DNA of 63,959 bases, filler included, from Octopus bimaculoides (Eukaryota): assembly GCF_001194135.2 (NCBI RefSeq). It is 6 parts of 5 records of this genome, joined end to end, with 100 filler letters (N's around TTAATTAATTAA, not from the genome) between each part and the next. Parts side by side here need not be neighbours in the genome. Positions count along the whole stretch, not along the records: positions 47,183 to 54,101 come from NC_069007.1; positions 54,202 to 60,868 come from NC_068982.1; positions 60,969 to 63,959 come from NC_068997.1; 3 more parts are not named here. The stretch is one strand, 5' to 3'. The notes beneath the pieces were generated by a model. The model made no database searches. It was not told the DNA's origin and was given only the letters and a program-made list of their open reading frames with translations. The translations under genes were made by a program, and so were the position numbers. Shown in pieces: positions 47,870 to 61,054 of this stretch. The stretch's first letter is position 1; the number at the start of each line of letters is the position of its first letter.

Positions 47870-48095
47870 ATGCCTCCTATATGATCGTAAGATTGTGGTT
47901 TCGATTCCTGGACCGGGTGACGCGTTGTGTTCTTGAGCAAAACACTTCATTTCATCTTGCTCCAGTCCACTCAGTTGGCAAAAATGAGTAACGCTGCGAT
48001 GGACTGGCGTCCCATCCAGCTGGGGAGCACATACGCCATTGAAACCGGGAAACTGGGCCCATGAGCCTGGCTAGGCTTTAAAAGGGCGCATTTAT
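47870..48095 (+). mobile_element. SINE family C
   Basis: gatcgtaagattgtggtttcgattcctgg...ggctttaaaagggcgcattta. Confidence 0.85.
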
Positions 48096-49808
48096 CTTTT
48101 TTCTATGTATGTATGTATATATGTATGTATGGATCGATGGATGAATGGATATTTTATTGAAGAGGATTTATGTTTTATTGTATTATTTGTGTTGTTAGTT
48201 GTAAAACTTCATTGGCCGTCTTAGCTCTTCATAAAATCTATGTCACTTCTAGATATTTTTCCTTAAAATAAAAATTGCAATCCTGAATTGTTTAACTGTT
48301 TAATGTTTTCCATTCCTTATTCAGAAGTCAAAATCTCTACGTTTGCTGATTGCCTAAACATGTTGTTTCTCAGTAAGGTGTACAATGTTCTGCTTGCTCT
48401 TTTTACTTGCTTGTCTCTAATTCACCGGTCGGTTCACTAGGAATCTTGTAACGACCTGTCAGTTACGTCATTCCTATTTTGTTGTGTTATGAAAGTCTAT
48501 CTGCGTCAAACATGAACTGTATTGGTTTTATCACAGTTGTCTAAAGATATATTTCATTTGAATGAATAAATTTTTGGCTTGACATATCGTTTCTATTTCT
48601 AAATAATCATACTTTATTCCATGAGTGAATTTGTTCATAACTATGATTTGCTATTCCCGTAGCTCGAGTATTCCTGTGTATTTTCGTTTTTATGCGTCAT
48701 CAGAGATTTAATCACTTCACATTTTCGATGCAGTTTTGCAACTATATTTATTCTGATGTATGCAAAATAATATCTATTAATTTCTTATTTGAGTAAGCAC
48801 ATTTGTGATGGTTTTGTATATTTAATATGTTTGTAGAGTAAAGAAAGTGAATAACACAAACCAGTTATTAAATTATACCAAAGAATATTTTCCCGTATGT
48901 ATTTATATTTATCTTTATATCATATCACCATTTAGATGCAAATGTACTTCGGAAGAGAGGTAACAAATTCGCAAAAATGTTGGGGAACGAGTGTATGCGG
49001 TGTGAGTGCCTGATTCGAAGGTGTTGATACTTAGTCCGTGACAGATATTGCTCACCTGCCTCACAATCTGCGCTTTACTGTTGTTGGTTACTAATTTTCG
49101 TGAAACTCTTTTGAACAGCTATGCATTGCATCTTATCTGGGCCATCATGCCTCCACAAACGGAGCACACAGTCGGTTACAACGACGAGGATCCCTGATGA
49201 TACGATCAACGGAACACTTTGCTCATGAAATTAACATGCAAGTGGCTGAGAAATCCATACGCACGTGTACTCTTTAAAGTAATTCTCAGGGAGATTCAGA
49301 ATGTGATAAGGCTGGCCCATTTCAAATACAGGTACAACTCATTTTTGCCAGCTGAGTGGACCGGACAACGTGAAATAAACTATCTTGCTCAAGGACACAA
49401 TGCTCCGCCCGGAATTGAACACACGACCTGTTCTTTTTTCCTTGTCCTTCTAATTGTTGTTTCTCCCGTCTGCCTTTGTATCTTCAATCTGTCCGAACGT
49501 TTTATTGTTTTATTGTCCTCTATTGAGTTTTTGTTCCANNNNNNNNNNNNNNNNNNNNNNNNNNNNNNNNNNNNNNNNNNNNNNNNNNNNNNNNNNNNNN
49601 NNNNNNNNNNNNNNNNNNNNNNNNNNNNNNNNNNNNNNNNNNNNNNNNNNNNNNNNNNNNNNNNNNNNNNNNNNNNNNNNNNNNNNNNNNNNNNNNNNNN
49701 NNNNNNNNNNNNNNNNNNNNNNNNNNNNNNNNNNNNNNNNNNNNNNNNNNNNNNNNNNNNNNNNNNNNNNNNNNNNNNNNNNNNNNNNNNNNNNNNNNNN
49801 NNNNNNNN

Positions 49809-49842
<34 letters not shown>

Positions 49843-50217
49843 TCTCTGTGTGCGTACAATGCCTTTGTAAGTTTTATTCTTGCAATATTTTCTATCAACA
49901 CTAAAACAGCGTACTTGCCGTGCTACTTTCTCTAACAACGGCAGCTGCTTCTACTACGGCCGCCATTACTGCTGTTACTTTCTTCCATCACTACGACTGC
50001 TGTTGGCTCTATTACTGCTCCTGTTCGCTTCCTTCGTTCAATCGATGTCTTCTTACCTCAACATAAGTGTACTTAACCACATAAATGTGTGTTCAATATC
50101 TGATTGATTAGCTGCCGGCTTAGCTAGATTAGCTTACAGATTGTTCCTTGATTCTCATTGTTCTTCCCACCAATAAGTTTACTCCCATTATTTGTAGTAT
50201 TACAATTATTGGTAGCA

Positions 50218-50223
50218 TTGTTG

Positions 50224-50294
<71 letters not shown>

Positions 50295-50485
50295 TGTTGT
50301 TGTTGTATTATTATTGTCGTGTTTACTGCAGCTATTAATGCAGCGATTATAATTTTTATAATTATGTTTACCATCGTCAACATCATCATCATCGTCACTA
50401 GCATCATCATCGTCGTCATTAGCATCATCATCAGCATCATCATCACCACTACCACCCCATCATCATTGTCATCATCATCGTCATA
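50218..50485. repeat. (TTA)n followed by degenerate (CAT)n
   Basis: Direct reading. Confidence 0.9.
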
Positions 50486-51593
50486 ATTTTTATTCTTATT
50501 CTTATTCTTCTTATTATTTTGTTATCTTCTTCTTTCAATTTTGCTTCCAGTTATTGCCGAGTGTCTTCCCAACACCCAGGGCAAAGAAACTCACCATATA
50601 CATTGGTGAGCAATTAAAATCTACACACCGGATTGTTCATTTACTATATCATGTGATAGAAGAGCAAAGACAGAGAGAATAAGGAAAGAAGGTAAAAAAA
50701 GAAGAAAAAGGAAAAAGTAACGAAAGAACATATAGGGAAAAGAAGGAAGGAAAGAAAATCCAGTTGTCGTTGCTTTGTTTGATACGAATTCTTCCAAGCC
50801 ATATACAGAGACTTCAAATAACGAGTTTAGTATGGGTGTTATTTATGATTAGCAATGATATATTTCATGGAAAGGAGACGAAATTGCGAGGATTAAGTTT
50901 CTGTTCCATTAACAACGTATTCGTGTTTCAAAGGGTTTTTAAGAGTATAAAATACTCTCAAGTTAACAGTATTTTTCTTGTGATGTGATCAATAGCGACA
51001 GTAACAATATTTTGTAGTTCCGATATTTTGGGGTTTTCTGATACTTCACCATAGTGTTTAAGAGCGCAATTTAGCACGCTCCTCTAAAGCTCCGATGACC
51101 ACAGGTACAGCTGTCGTTCTTAGATGTCACGCTAGCTCTGGTTCGAGATCCTTGTATAAATATTTATTTAGTTTTTCAAAAGTTGTTTTCTTTTTTTTTT
51201 ATATAGATGTGTTGCAGTCTGCTTGGTTAGACATATCTCTGAGCAGACATCTTTTGTCAACATGATTTCAACCACAATATCTCTTCTATTTGCCTGTGTA
51301 GCATTATCAATTTGGATATTAAAATCCCAAAGAATTATGATATCTTTACACTAAATTTCTACTACATTGGCATGCGTACGTTTCCACCGGTTCTTATCGT
51401 ATGAGAATAGAAACTTACAGCATGCGATCCGGTGTAAATACTGACCAAATTTATGAATGGCGATTAATATGAGCATTTGAGATTAACATAGATTATCCAG
51501 ACATGAGTTGCTTAATTGTTTCTCTGGTTGTGCCACAAGGTAGGATCAGCATCATTGACTTGGTAGGTTCTGGGGTGTAGACACAGCTTTTGA

Positions 51594-51822
51594 GCTTCTT
51601 CTTCTTCTTCTTCTTCTTCTTCTTCTTCTTCTTCTTCTTCTTCTTCTTCTTCTTCTTCTTCTTCTTCTTCTTCTTCTTCTTCTTCGTCTTCTTCTTCTTC
51701 TTCTTCTTCTTCTTCTTCTTCTTCTTCTTCTTCTTGCTTTTTACCTCTACCTCTTCCTCTTCTTGTATTTCTATTATTATTATTATTATTATTTGTAGTA
51801 GTAGTAGTAGTAGTAGGAGGAG

Positions 51823-51866
<44 letters not shown>

Positions 51867-51875
51867 ATAGTAGTA
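51594..51875. repeat. (CTT)n ~140 bp followed by (TAT)n and (TAG)n
   Basis: Direct reading. Confidence 0.95.
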
Positions 51876-53589
51876 GCCAATGGAGCATCGTGAAATAAAG
51901 TGTTTTGCTCAAGAACACAACGCGTTGCTCGGTCCAGGAATCGAAACCACAATCTTACGATCATGATGTTGACACCACAATACAACTGTATATTCAAAAA
52001 TTGATGTAAATAAAGAATATCACTAGAATATCCTGGTAACATCTACGCTTCAACTTCATGCTTTATTTTCCACTTAAAGGTATGCTGAGATGCAACAACT
52101 ATGAGACAAAGATTTACGAAATTATTCTTTATCCTGAAGGAAAATAATTCATTGAAGCTTATCAACTACCACTTGGTGTATGTATAACGAATATTGTCCA
52201 AAGATATTTCACTAAAATGTCACCTTAATATTTTAGACAAAATTGATATAAAATATCCTCTTTGACATTCATCGTCTCTCGCTGGCAAATATTATGAACA
52301 TACATATGCCTGTTCCCAAGGACATTCATGTTTGCATGATGTGCTAGATATTGCAGCCAATTTCCTTTACATCAACCCGAAAAATACAACCAATATAATG
52401 AAAACAGAAACTTCTGTATATATAATGCAGCTATCTAACTTAGTACATATATTCCACATAATATACACACATATACATGTGTGTATGTATGTATATATAT
52501 ATATATACAATTAAATAAAATAATATGGGAATAATTTTTGCTATATCAATTTATTTTCGGTATAATAATTGTTTGTTATGGTTTTTAATATTACATATTT
52601 TAGAATGATATTGAAAGAAAGTATTCAGTTTGTTAAATTAAATATTTGTAAAAGAATTTTATTTTTTAATACTAATTTACTATTTATGAAATAATAGATA
52701 TAAAAATAACTGTATCGATGTCACGAGAGAACATACATGCAACGCTAAGGGTTGTGTTGCGTTACAATTTTGTATTCTTATCTATTGCAATTTACATTAA
52801 TATTGTTGAAGAATGTGTTATTCTTCCAGATAATGAAGGAAAAGAAAACTTTTTCCCATGTATATCATTTCTATAATGAAGCATGCTTTGCAATCACCAC
52901 GTTTCGATTTAGTCCCACTGCGCTCCACCTCAGGCAAGTTACCTTCTTGTCAATCGTTGTGTGTGGATTTTATAGATGAAGATTGCGTGGAAGTCGGTCG
53001 TATGTATGCACGTATGTATATATGTGTTTATTTTTGTTTATTTATCTGTGACTCAATGCTTGGCAACTCGCAGTGGTTAGCTTACATCCCTGTAACCTAG
53101 CAGTTCAGCGAAAGAATCCAATAAAATGATTACCAGACTTAAAATAAGTAATGGGACCGATTTATTCCGCTAAACACTTTAAGGCGATGCTGTATCATGG
53201 CCATATTCCAATGGCTGAAACTAATAAAAGATGAAAAATACAAAAGAAAAATAGAAAATATTTGGTTATGGAAATAATATTTAATAATTATAGTCAAAAA
53301 ATATCTGAAATTTTGAAATTATATCATAATTAATATTCAGTTTTTTAAATTAAATATTATTTTTTAATCGCCAGTTTTAAAATTACTATTTGGGAAAAAA
53401 ATGGCTAAAATTTGCGTATCAGAGTCGCATGCGACCAGAAGAGGCAAGGCGTGGTGTTTTCTTAGACATCATAATTAATTCACTCAAATATACGCGTGTC
53501 AACGAATGCGAAAATACGAATAAGCATCGCTAACTCTGTCTTGGAGAAATAGTATAAATACAGGAACAACGTTTGTCACTCCCTGAAGA

Positions 53590-54101
53590 NNNNNNNNNNC
53601 AACCGATGCTGGTGTATTTACGTCCCCGTAACTTAGCGGATCGGCAAAATAGACGGATAGAATAAGTACTAGTCTTACAAAGATAAATCCTGGGGTCGAT
53701 TTTCTCGATTAAAGGCGGTGCTCCAGCATGGCCGCAGTCAAATGACTGAAACAAGTAAAAGAGTAAAAGAGTAACAGATATATTTAGACACCAAATTGTT
53801 ATAGACAGACAGATATATATAAAGACACACAGACAGACAGATATATATAAAGACAGACAGACAGAAGGACCCAACATCGATTGACAACTTATGCTGGTGT
53901 ATTTACGTCCCCGTAACTTAGCAGATCGGCAAAAGAGACAGATAGAATAAGTACTAGTCTTACAAAGATAAATCGTGGGGTCGATTTGTTCGACTAAAGG
54001 CGGTGCTCCAGCATGGCCGCAGTCAAATGACTGAAACAAGTAAAAGAGTAGAGAGAGTATACTCTCTCTCTTTTTTACTCTTTTACTTGTTTCAGTCTTT
54101 T
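53590..54101 (+). mobile_element. Two tandem SINE A 3' halves followed by an inverted tail
   Basis: Copies at ~53590-53770 and ~53870-54048 share private variants (gtatttacg, tactagtcttacaaagataaat); inverted tail at 54061-54101. Confidence 0.8.
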
Positions 54102-54201
54102 NNNNNNNNNNNNNNNNNNNNNNNNNNNNNNNNNNNNNNNNNNNNTTAATTAATTAANNNNNNNNNNNNNNNNNNNNNNNNNNNNNNNNNNNNNNNNNNN
54201 N
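54102..54201. other. Assembly join: N44-TTAATTAATTAA-N44
   Basis: Same 100-bp linker. Confidence 0.95.
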
Positions 54202-54559
54202 TATATATACGACGGGCTTCTTTCAGCTTCCTTCAACTAAATCCACTCATAAGGCTTTGGTCAGCCCTTGAAGACACTTGCCTAAGGGCCACGCAGTGGG
54301 GCTGAACCACATTCCCAAGGGGCCACACACACACACACACACACATTATAGATTCAATATAAGTAGAAGCAACACACGCAGTGTGTTGCAGTGTAACATC
54401 TGTATGAGGGACAACAACGAAAGAGCGATTTTCAAGGGTTCAGTACAAATATTTATATCTTGATTTCTGTTGTATCTATTGACCGTCTTACCGAAGTTAA
54501 CAACGGAGAGAAACTATGCATGAAGTTACACTCTCAATTGTGGTTGATGACAATGCTTA

Positions 54560-55135
54560 GCACCCAATAAAAAGGGGGAATCCATCCCCAAACCAGTACT
54601 ACATCCGAAAAAAAGTTATGCTCTTTGTGTGGAAGTATATGAAGGGTGTCGTCTCTGATGAAGTGTTAAACAAAACGACAGTGTTAAAGTGGAGAAATAT
54701 TGTCGTTAGTTGAAAGCATTGCACGAAAATTTGCAGAAAAAAGCGTCCACCATCGGTCAATTGTAAAGGAGTCTTGGTTTTACATGAAAATGCAAGACCA
54801 CATATTGCCTATAATCTCAAGATTATGACGCTAATGTGGAAGTTTTACCTCATCCTCCTTATTCCATCTGACTATCATTTTTGCAGATCATTGCAATATT
54901 ATTTAGCGAAAAAACAGTTTATTAATTGTGAAGACTTAAGAATGATATTGAGTGTTTCTTTGTTTTGAAACCTGAAGAAATTCACGCCGAAGGGCGTAAT
55001 CTACCTGATAGATTGAACGATGTTATAAATAATGAGGAAAACTATTATCTCAGTTAAATACATCAATTAAGACCAATTAAACATTTATTTCATTCCCATC
55101 TTGAAATGCGACAGGACATTCCTTTCAATGTAATA
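54560..55135 (+). mobile_element. Mariner 3' half (decayed DD34D region)
   Basis: LHPKKVML.VW, VLHENARPH, VLPHPPYS and GEY-like terminal segment, with frameshifts. Confidence 0.78.
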
Positions 55136-55442
55136 TATTTTAAATTTCTACACGGAGTGGAGTAAAAAACCTGTAAATGTAAGATTACAGCCTTTATTTT
55201 ATTTATTTTTCTTTTCTTTTGTTTTTATTTCTTAATTTTCCTTCTTTTATTTGAAAGATCACAAACGCAGAACGTGAGCCTCCTAGCATGTAACGCCCGC
55301 TCGACAAGCCGAATTAGTCGGAACTTTTAACTGGTTCTAGAAGTAGTTTACATAAGTACACATATCTCTTTCGTGGTGACAATACACAAACGGACACGCA
55401 CATACATACATACATACATACATACATACATACATACATACA

Positions 55443-55475
<33 letters not shown>

Positions 55476-55496
55476 CACGTATGTACGTATGTATCG

Positions 55497-55893
55497 TGAC
55501 TGTGTAGTAAGAGGTTTACTTTTCAACCATATAGGTCCGGTTTCAGTTTGATAGCCTGGACTTTAGATAACTAAATAACCTCGGTCAACCGAAGCTTTGT
55601 GAGTGGATCTGGTTGATGGAAACTGAAAGAAGCCCGTCGTATATTATACATGTGGGTATATATACCTATGTCTGTTTGTCTTTGTGTTTGTATTTTCTCC
55701 CCATCACTACTAGACAACCAGTGTTGGATTGTTTATGCCCCTGTAACGTAGCGGTTTGGCACTAGCTGACAATAAAATAAGTAACAGGCTTAGAAACAAA
55801 GAAAGTACTGAGGCCGATTTGTTCTATGAAATTCTTCAAGATAGTGCCCCAGCATGACCGCAGTTTAATGACTGAAACAAGTAAAGGGTAAAA
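55497..55893 (+). mobile_element. Diverged full-length SINE family A
   Basis: Head, internal microsatellite and tail recognisable. Confidence 0.8.
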
Positions 55894-55895
55894 GA

Positions 55896-56076
<181 letters not shown>

Positions 56077-56277
56077 TTCTATATGAAATAAGGTTTGTAG
56101 TTGACATCGTTAACGTTCCTTCAAGGAAATACTTGAAATCAAAATTCCTTATGGCATTCTTCCTCTCCACTTGAACATTTCGATTCTGATTGGCTGTTTT
56201 CTTGTTTGCTTCCGACTTATTAATATTATTCAAGAAACACTTAACTAGTATTCATCATAAATATTATTATTGTTATC

Positions 56278-56610
56278 TTTACCAAAACATCAAAATGAAA
56301 CTTAAAAAAGAAAAAAAAGCATTAGTCCTGCCAGTGGTGTCGTTTGGGTACGAAGCGTAGCTTAAAGGTGATTGACACCGAAAGAATGAGGGTATTTGTG
56401 AGGATGTGTTACAGGCCGGCGCAGCGGATTGGTTCAGCGATTGATAGAACAAGCAATTCAGTGTCTTGCTGGAAGACACGGGACCGGTGACGATGGTTTG
56501 ACGGCAAAGACTATAAAACTACAATATTTCGGCCACATTATCAAGGTTCTGAATCTCTCCGTCCATATCCTTGCGGGACTGGGTGAACGGAAAACGGGTT
56601 TGCAGGCAGT
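56278..56610 (+). mobile_element. Decayed RTE/BovB-like LINE C-terminal fragment
   Basis: KALVLPVVSFGYEA*...ERMRVF and IKLQYFGHIIK motifs. Confidence 0.6.
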
Positions 56611-57091
56611 GACGTAGCTAGAGTATGTACCACCCGGGCAACCCTTAAATTTGCCGCCCCCCGGTCCCTTATACAGGATTATAGATCAAAACCAAAAGTA
56701 TCGCCTGGCACGGACCGCCAACATCCTTCACACAAACCATTTGACTACGCTACATCAAAATGCGACAATCAAACATCATTACAGAGCGAGGAGAACCCTA
56801 TCGAAGTGTACAGCTGAAGTAAGAGACCCTAGTTTATGTGAGGAGTGCTGGTGGTGTCTAAATATACTCCGTCATTCGTCATTTTTTAACTATAATCGTT
56901 AGAAGAGAATTATTCTAATAACCATCTTAATTAATATACTAATTAATTTAGTAATTAATTTGTTTCTTCCATAGATTGCAGTTCCATGAAACTCGAGTCA
57001 CGAGACAAACTCCCAGCTGCAGTTTTTAAAAAAATAAACTATCCATATCTATCTATTTAGCTAGCTAGCAAGCTATACATCTATTTTATTC

Positions 57092-57485
57092 ACTTGTTTC
57101 AAGCATTGAACTACGGTGATGCTGGGGCACTGAAGTTTGAGTCGAACGAATCGACCCCTATACTTATTTTTTAAGTCTGGTACTTATTTCGATCGCTCTC
57201 TATTGCCAAACCACAATAGAGACGTAAACAAACATCAGCTGACAAGCGGGAGTGAGGGATAAGCACAAGCACACACACACACACACACACACATGCATGT
57301 ATATATACACATAACACATATATGTGTGACGGGCTTCTTGCAGTTTTCATCTACTAAAACACTCCTCACAAGCCTTTGATCGGCCCAGAGCTATATTAGA
57401 AGACAATTGCCCAAGGTGCCACGCGGTGGGACTGAGCCCGAAACCATGTGATTGGGAAGTAAACTTCTTACCACATAGTCACGCC
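57092..57485 (-). mobile_element. Diverged SINE family A
   Basis: Reverse complement of tail, core and head. Confidence 0.75.
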
Positions 57486-57880
57486 AGTGCCAATACGTGT
57501 AAATATTTAAAAGACGTTTTAATTAAAACTTAATTGCAAGTTTTATCCTTTTGTTACTTATTCTTCATTTTGCAATAATTTGCACCCGACCAAAATACTG
57601 TCATGTTCCATCCGTTTGGCGGGAACCCTATCTGCCGAAACATTGCTTTACACAAGTGATCTCAACCGGGGTCCATATAAGATTTTGCTGTTAAAATTTA
57701 TGTGCAGGCATTGCTGTGTGGTAAGAAACTTGCTTCCTAACTATATGGTTCCGAGTTCGGTCCCACTGTGTGGTACCTTGGGCAAGTGTCTTCTACTGTA
57801 ACCTCAGACCGACCAAAGCCTTGTGAGTGGATTTGGTAGACGGAAACTGAAAGAAGACCGTCTTTCGTTTACCATATATA

Positions 57881-58601
57881 TATATTCTCCCATTCTGTTG
57901 CCAGTTCGCGTAGATGCAAGCCAATAAGTGTCCGAACAAGTCCGGCATACTACTATAAAACTCGTAGGGCATACCAATCAGTCCCGGTGACTTGTCCCGG
58001 GCGCATTCAGCCAGCACCTCCTCGAGCTCCGCAGCTATAATCGGCCCTTCACAACATTCCGCTTCCCGCGTCGAGAGTCGCGGTCTGCCGGCTAGGAAGT
58101 CCCCCAAGGGCTCCCCACGGTCCAGCGATTCGTTTGTCCCAAACAACTGGGCGAAATGTTGGTGAAAAGCCTTCTGCATCTCCTCCCGTCCCTTGATCGT
58201 ACGCTCCTGCTCGTCAATTAAAGATTGTATAGAGGCTTTTCTGCCTCTCCGACTCTCCACACGACAGGCCCATCCGGCAGCGTTAATACCTTCTTTACCT
58301 ACCGCACGTAACTTAGCTCTGACTCTACACCCTTCGTTTTTGGCTTTGAGATGACGGAATAATACCGTTCTCGCCGCCAATACTCTGGATGAAGAGCCAA
58401 ATGCCATGGTCTCCTATAATTCCTTAACTAAGTTTTCTTCTATTCTAGTCTTCTCTAAACTTAGCTCTTTACTAAATCTAAGAGACTCAGAACGACTGGC
58501 TCGCTTGAGGGTGCACCACCGTCTATTGTTAACGATGGCTCCGCATAATGCCCTCTGTACTAACTCCTTAACCCGGGCACGGAAGACTTTACTAGTCAAA
58601 A
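57881..58601 (-). mobile_element. Tx1/L1-clade LINE ORF2 fragment (endonuclease-RT linker), one in-frame stop
   Basis: ORFs 58414-58599 and 57793-58407 are collinear; CEGPI..AEL..VL...RDKSPGL.G.PYEFY matches the L1/Tx1 KSPG.DG.P.EFY motif. Confidence 0.8.
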
Positions 58602-58609
58602 TAGACTTG

Positions 58610-59319
58610 GGATCTATTTTAAAATGGAGGCGCCAGTTTTCATTTGTTTTATGTAATGTTTTTGGTACGGAAAGACTTTCAAACTTCGTATACTTATCTA
58701 TTTTGTGTTATAGAACAGAAAAATATTTTTGTATTCGAATTTATTTCATGTAAAAAATTGTCTTATNNNNNNNNNNNNNNNNNNNNNNNNNNNNNNNNNN
58801 NNNNNNNNNNNNNNNNNNNNNNNNNNNNNNNNNNNNNNNNNNNNNNNNNNNNNNNNNNNNNNNNNNNNNNNNNNNNNNNNNNNNNNNNNNNNNNNNNNNN
58901 NNNNNNNNNNNNNNNNNNNNNNNNNNNNNNNNNNNNNNNNNNNNNNNNNNNNNNNNNNNNNNNNNNNNNNNCGAACTCTAAAATTGTTACACACATAGAT
59001 ACGCACAGCGTAATTTATTATATAAACAATATATGCGTATAAATTACGATTAAACCGGATGAAATATGTCACAGGGAATAACATTTTTATGACCGCCCAG
59101 CAGTAACTCTATTCAGCTGAATAGACGTCAGTGATTGGTTGAAATTACAGAAATACGACAACTTTAACATGGAATAACTTGCGAATTCCTTTTTTTTGTT
59201 AAGAAGACTAAGAGTAAAAGATGTTTTATATGACACATTCTACCAGTGTCCCAAGTTTCAAAGTGTTTCGTTAGTGTTTCGTTAAGAAAATACTGGCGCC
59301 CCCGTTTTAAAATAGATCC
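58610..59319. mobile_element. Non-autonomous TIR element (Merlin-like): 28-bp TIR with 2 mismatches, 8-bp TSD TAGACTTG
   Basis: GGATCTATTTTAAAATGGAGGCGCCAGT / ACTGGCGCCCCCGTTTTAAAATAGATCC; TAGACTTG at 58602-58609 and 59320-59327; internal gacgtcagtgattggttgaaattac block shared with 2873-3380. Confidence 0.85.
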
Positions 59320-60256
59320 TAGACTTGTTCATCAAAATAGACTTGTTATTTACTAATAGCTTAGTAAAAAACCTAAGTTCTGGGGTCGATTCATTCGACT
59401 AAAAGTTCTTCAAGGCAGTGCCCCAGCATGGCAGCAGTGTAATGACTAAAAAAAATAGAAATAAAAGATACTTTAAATGGTCATGGATACTTTAAATGTC
59501 GAGTAAAATAGGAATCACACGGGTCCATAGGTAAAAAATGGCTGAGAATCATTGCTTTACGAGGTTAATCCAATTGACCTGCGAATATAAAAAATAAATC
59601 TCTCTTTCTTTGAATAGAAACATACATCTTACATATTTCTAATAAGTCGGGATAGCCACAGTTGGAATGGTTTCATGTATACATCTGTTCGATCAGAGTT
59701 CATCTAGGTTCTAATTAACAGCCATAAACAACTTCCAACAGTCATTTTAGATACGGTTCTATACGTGGGAAAACCTAGGTGAGCATTCACGGTCGCTGAT
59801 TAAGTGTATTTATGTGACTAAGTGTGTGTGTGTGTGTGTGTATGTGCGGGCGTGTGCGTGTGTGTACGTGCAAATATCTCAGTTATTTCCGACAATGCTC
59901 TAGTAGATAATTTAGGGTGGGTAAAGAAGCCGTCTGAGGTGGGAGCCAAAAGGTTGCTTGGTAAAGCGAGCGGACTTCAGAAGGCGTACGTTTATATCAG
60001 CTTAAGGAGACAAAGGAATTATTAGGTCTGCTCATGTCGCCTCGGAATCACTCTTGCAAGACAAACGAAGTGATTTCAGACGGCCAGGCGTCTCAGTAAT
60101 CTCGTGGACAAACAACATGGTACCGTTTTCATATGCGCGAACGGTAGATCGACGGGAAATTTTTTGTGTCGTTTTGGCTGACCCGAAAACATTAATGTTT
60201 TGATGGGAAATATTTCATCTGTTGGATAAGTATGAAACAAATAAATTTGATATATA

Positions 60257-60300
<44 letters not shown>

Positions 60301-60584
60301 GCCGAATCACTGTTATGAGGACATAAACCAATACCGCATGCATGTGTATATCTTTGTCCAGCCACCACCGCTTGACAATTGGTACTGGTTTACGCCCGCG
60401 TAACATAGTGGTTCAGCAAAAGACACACAGACACACACACAAACTCACACACGTACGTACACACACATACACACACACACATACATACATACATACATAC
60501 ATACATCTACCAATTTTACTCACAAGGTTAAGGTGCTACGCAGTGAAACTGAACCCGGATCTTTGTGATTTGACGGGCAACATT

Positions 60585-60868
60585 TTTTTATGTAGTGTTT
60601 TTGGTACCGAAACACTTTCAAACTTCGAATACTTGTATATTTTGTGTTATAGAACAGATAAAAAAATTTGTATTCGAAGTTATTTCATGTAAAAAAATTG
60701 TCGTATTTCGGTAATTTCAACCAATCACTGACGTCTATTGAGGTGAAAACAATTACGCCGTGGAATATAAACAACAGTGTTACGGGATTTTTTCCCTTGA
60801 ATAAAATTAGTGCCGTTGTTTGTCAACAAAAACTATCCGTGTCACTGTTATTTATGACATCGTTCGTG
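60585..60868 (-). mobile_element. Internal fragment of the same Merlin-like family, cut by the join
   Basis: Reverse-complement similarity to ~3050-3340 (ttcaaccaatcactgacgtctattgaggtgaaaacaattac). Confidence 0.7.
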
Positions 60869-60968
60869 NNNNNNNNNNNNNNNNNNNNNNNNNNNNNNNN
60901 NNNNNNNNNNNNTTAATTAATTAANNNNNNNNNNNNNNNNNNNNNNNNNNNNNNNNNNNNNNNNNNNN
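60869..60968. other. Assembly join: N44-TTAATTAATTAA-N44
   Basis: Same 100-bp linker. Confidence 0.95.

Positions 60969-61054
<86 letters not shown>

Noticed and set aside
50057-50099. 43-nt minus-strand exon candidate IEHTFMWLSTLML that would link 62513 and 44196 in phase
   Set aside because: Good donor but no polypyrimidine tract; phase match could be chance and it crosses several artificial joins.
51493-52042. Poly-E/K/F/L ORFs (also 50129-50486, 63211-63577)
   Set aside because: Pure triplet repeats readable in several frames.
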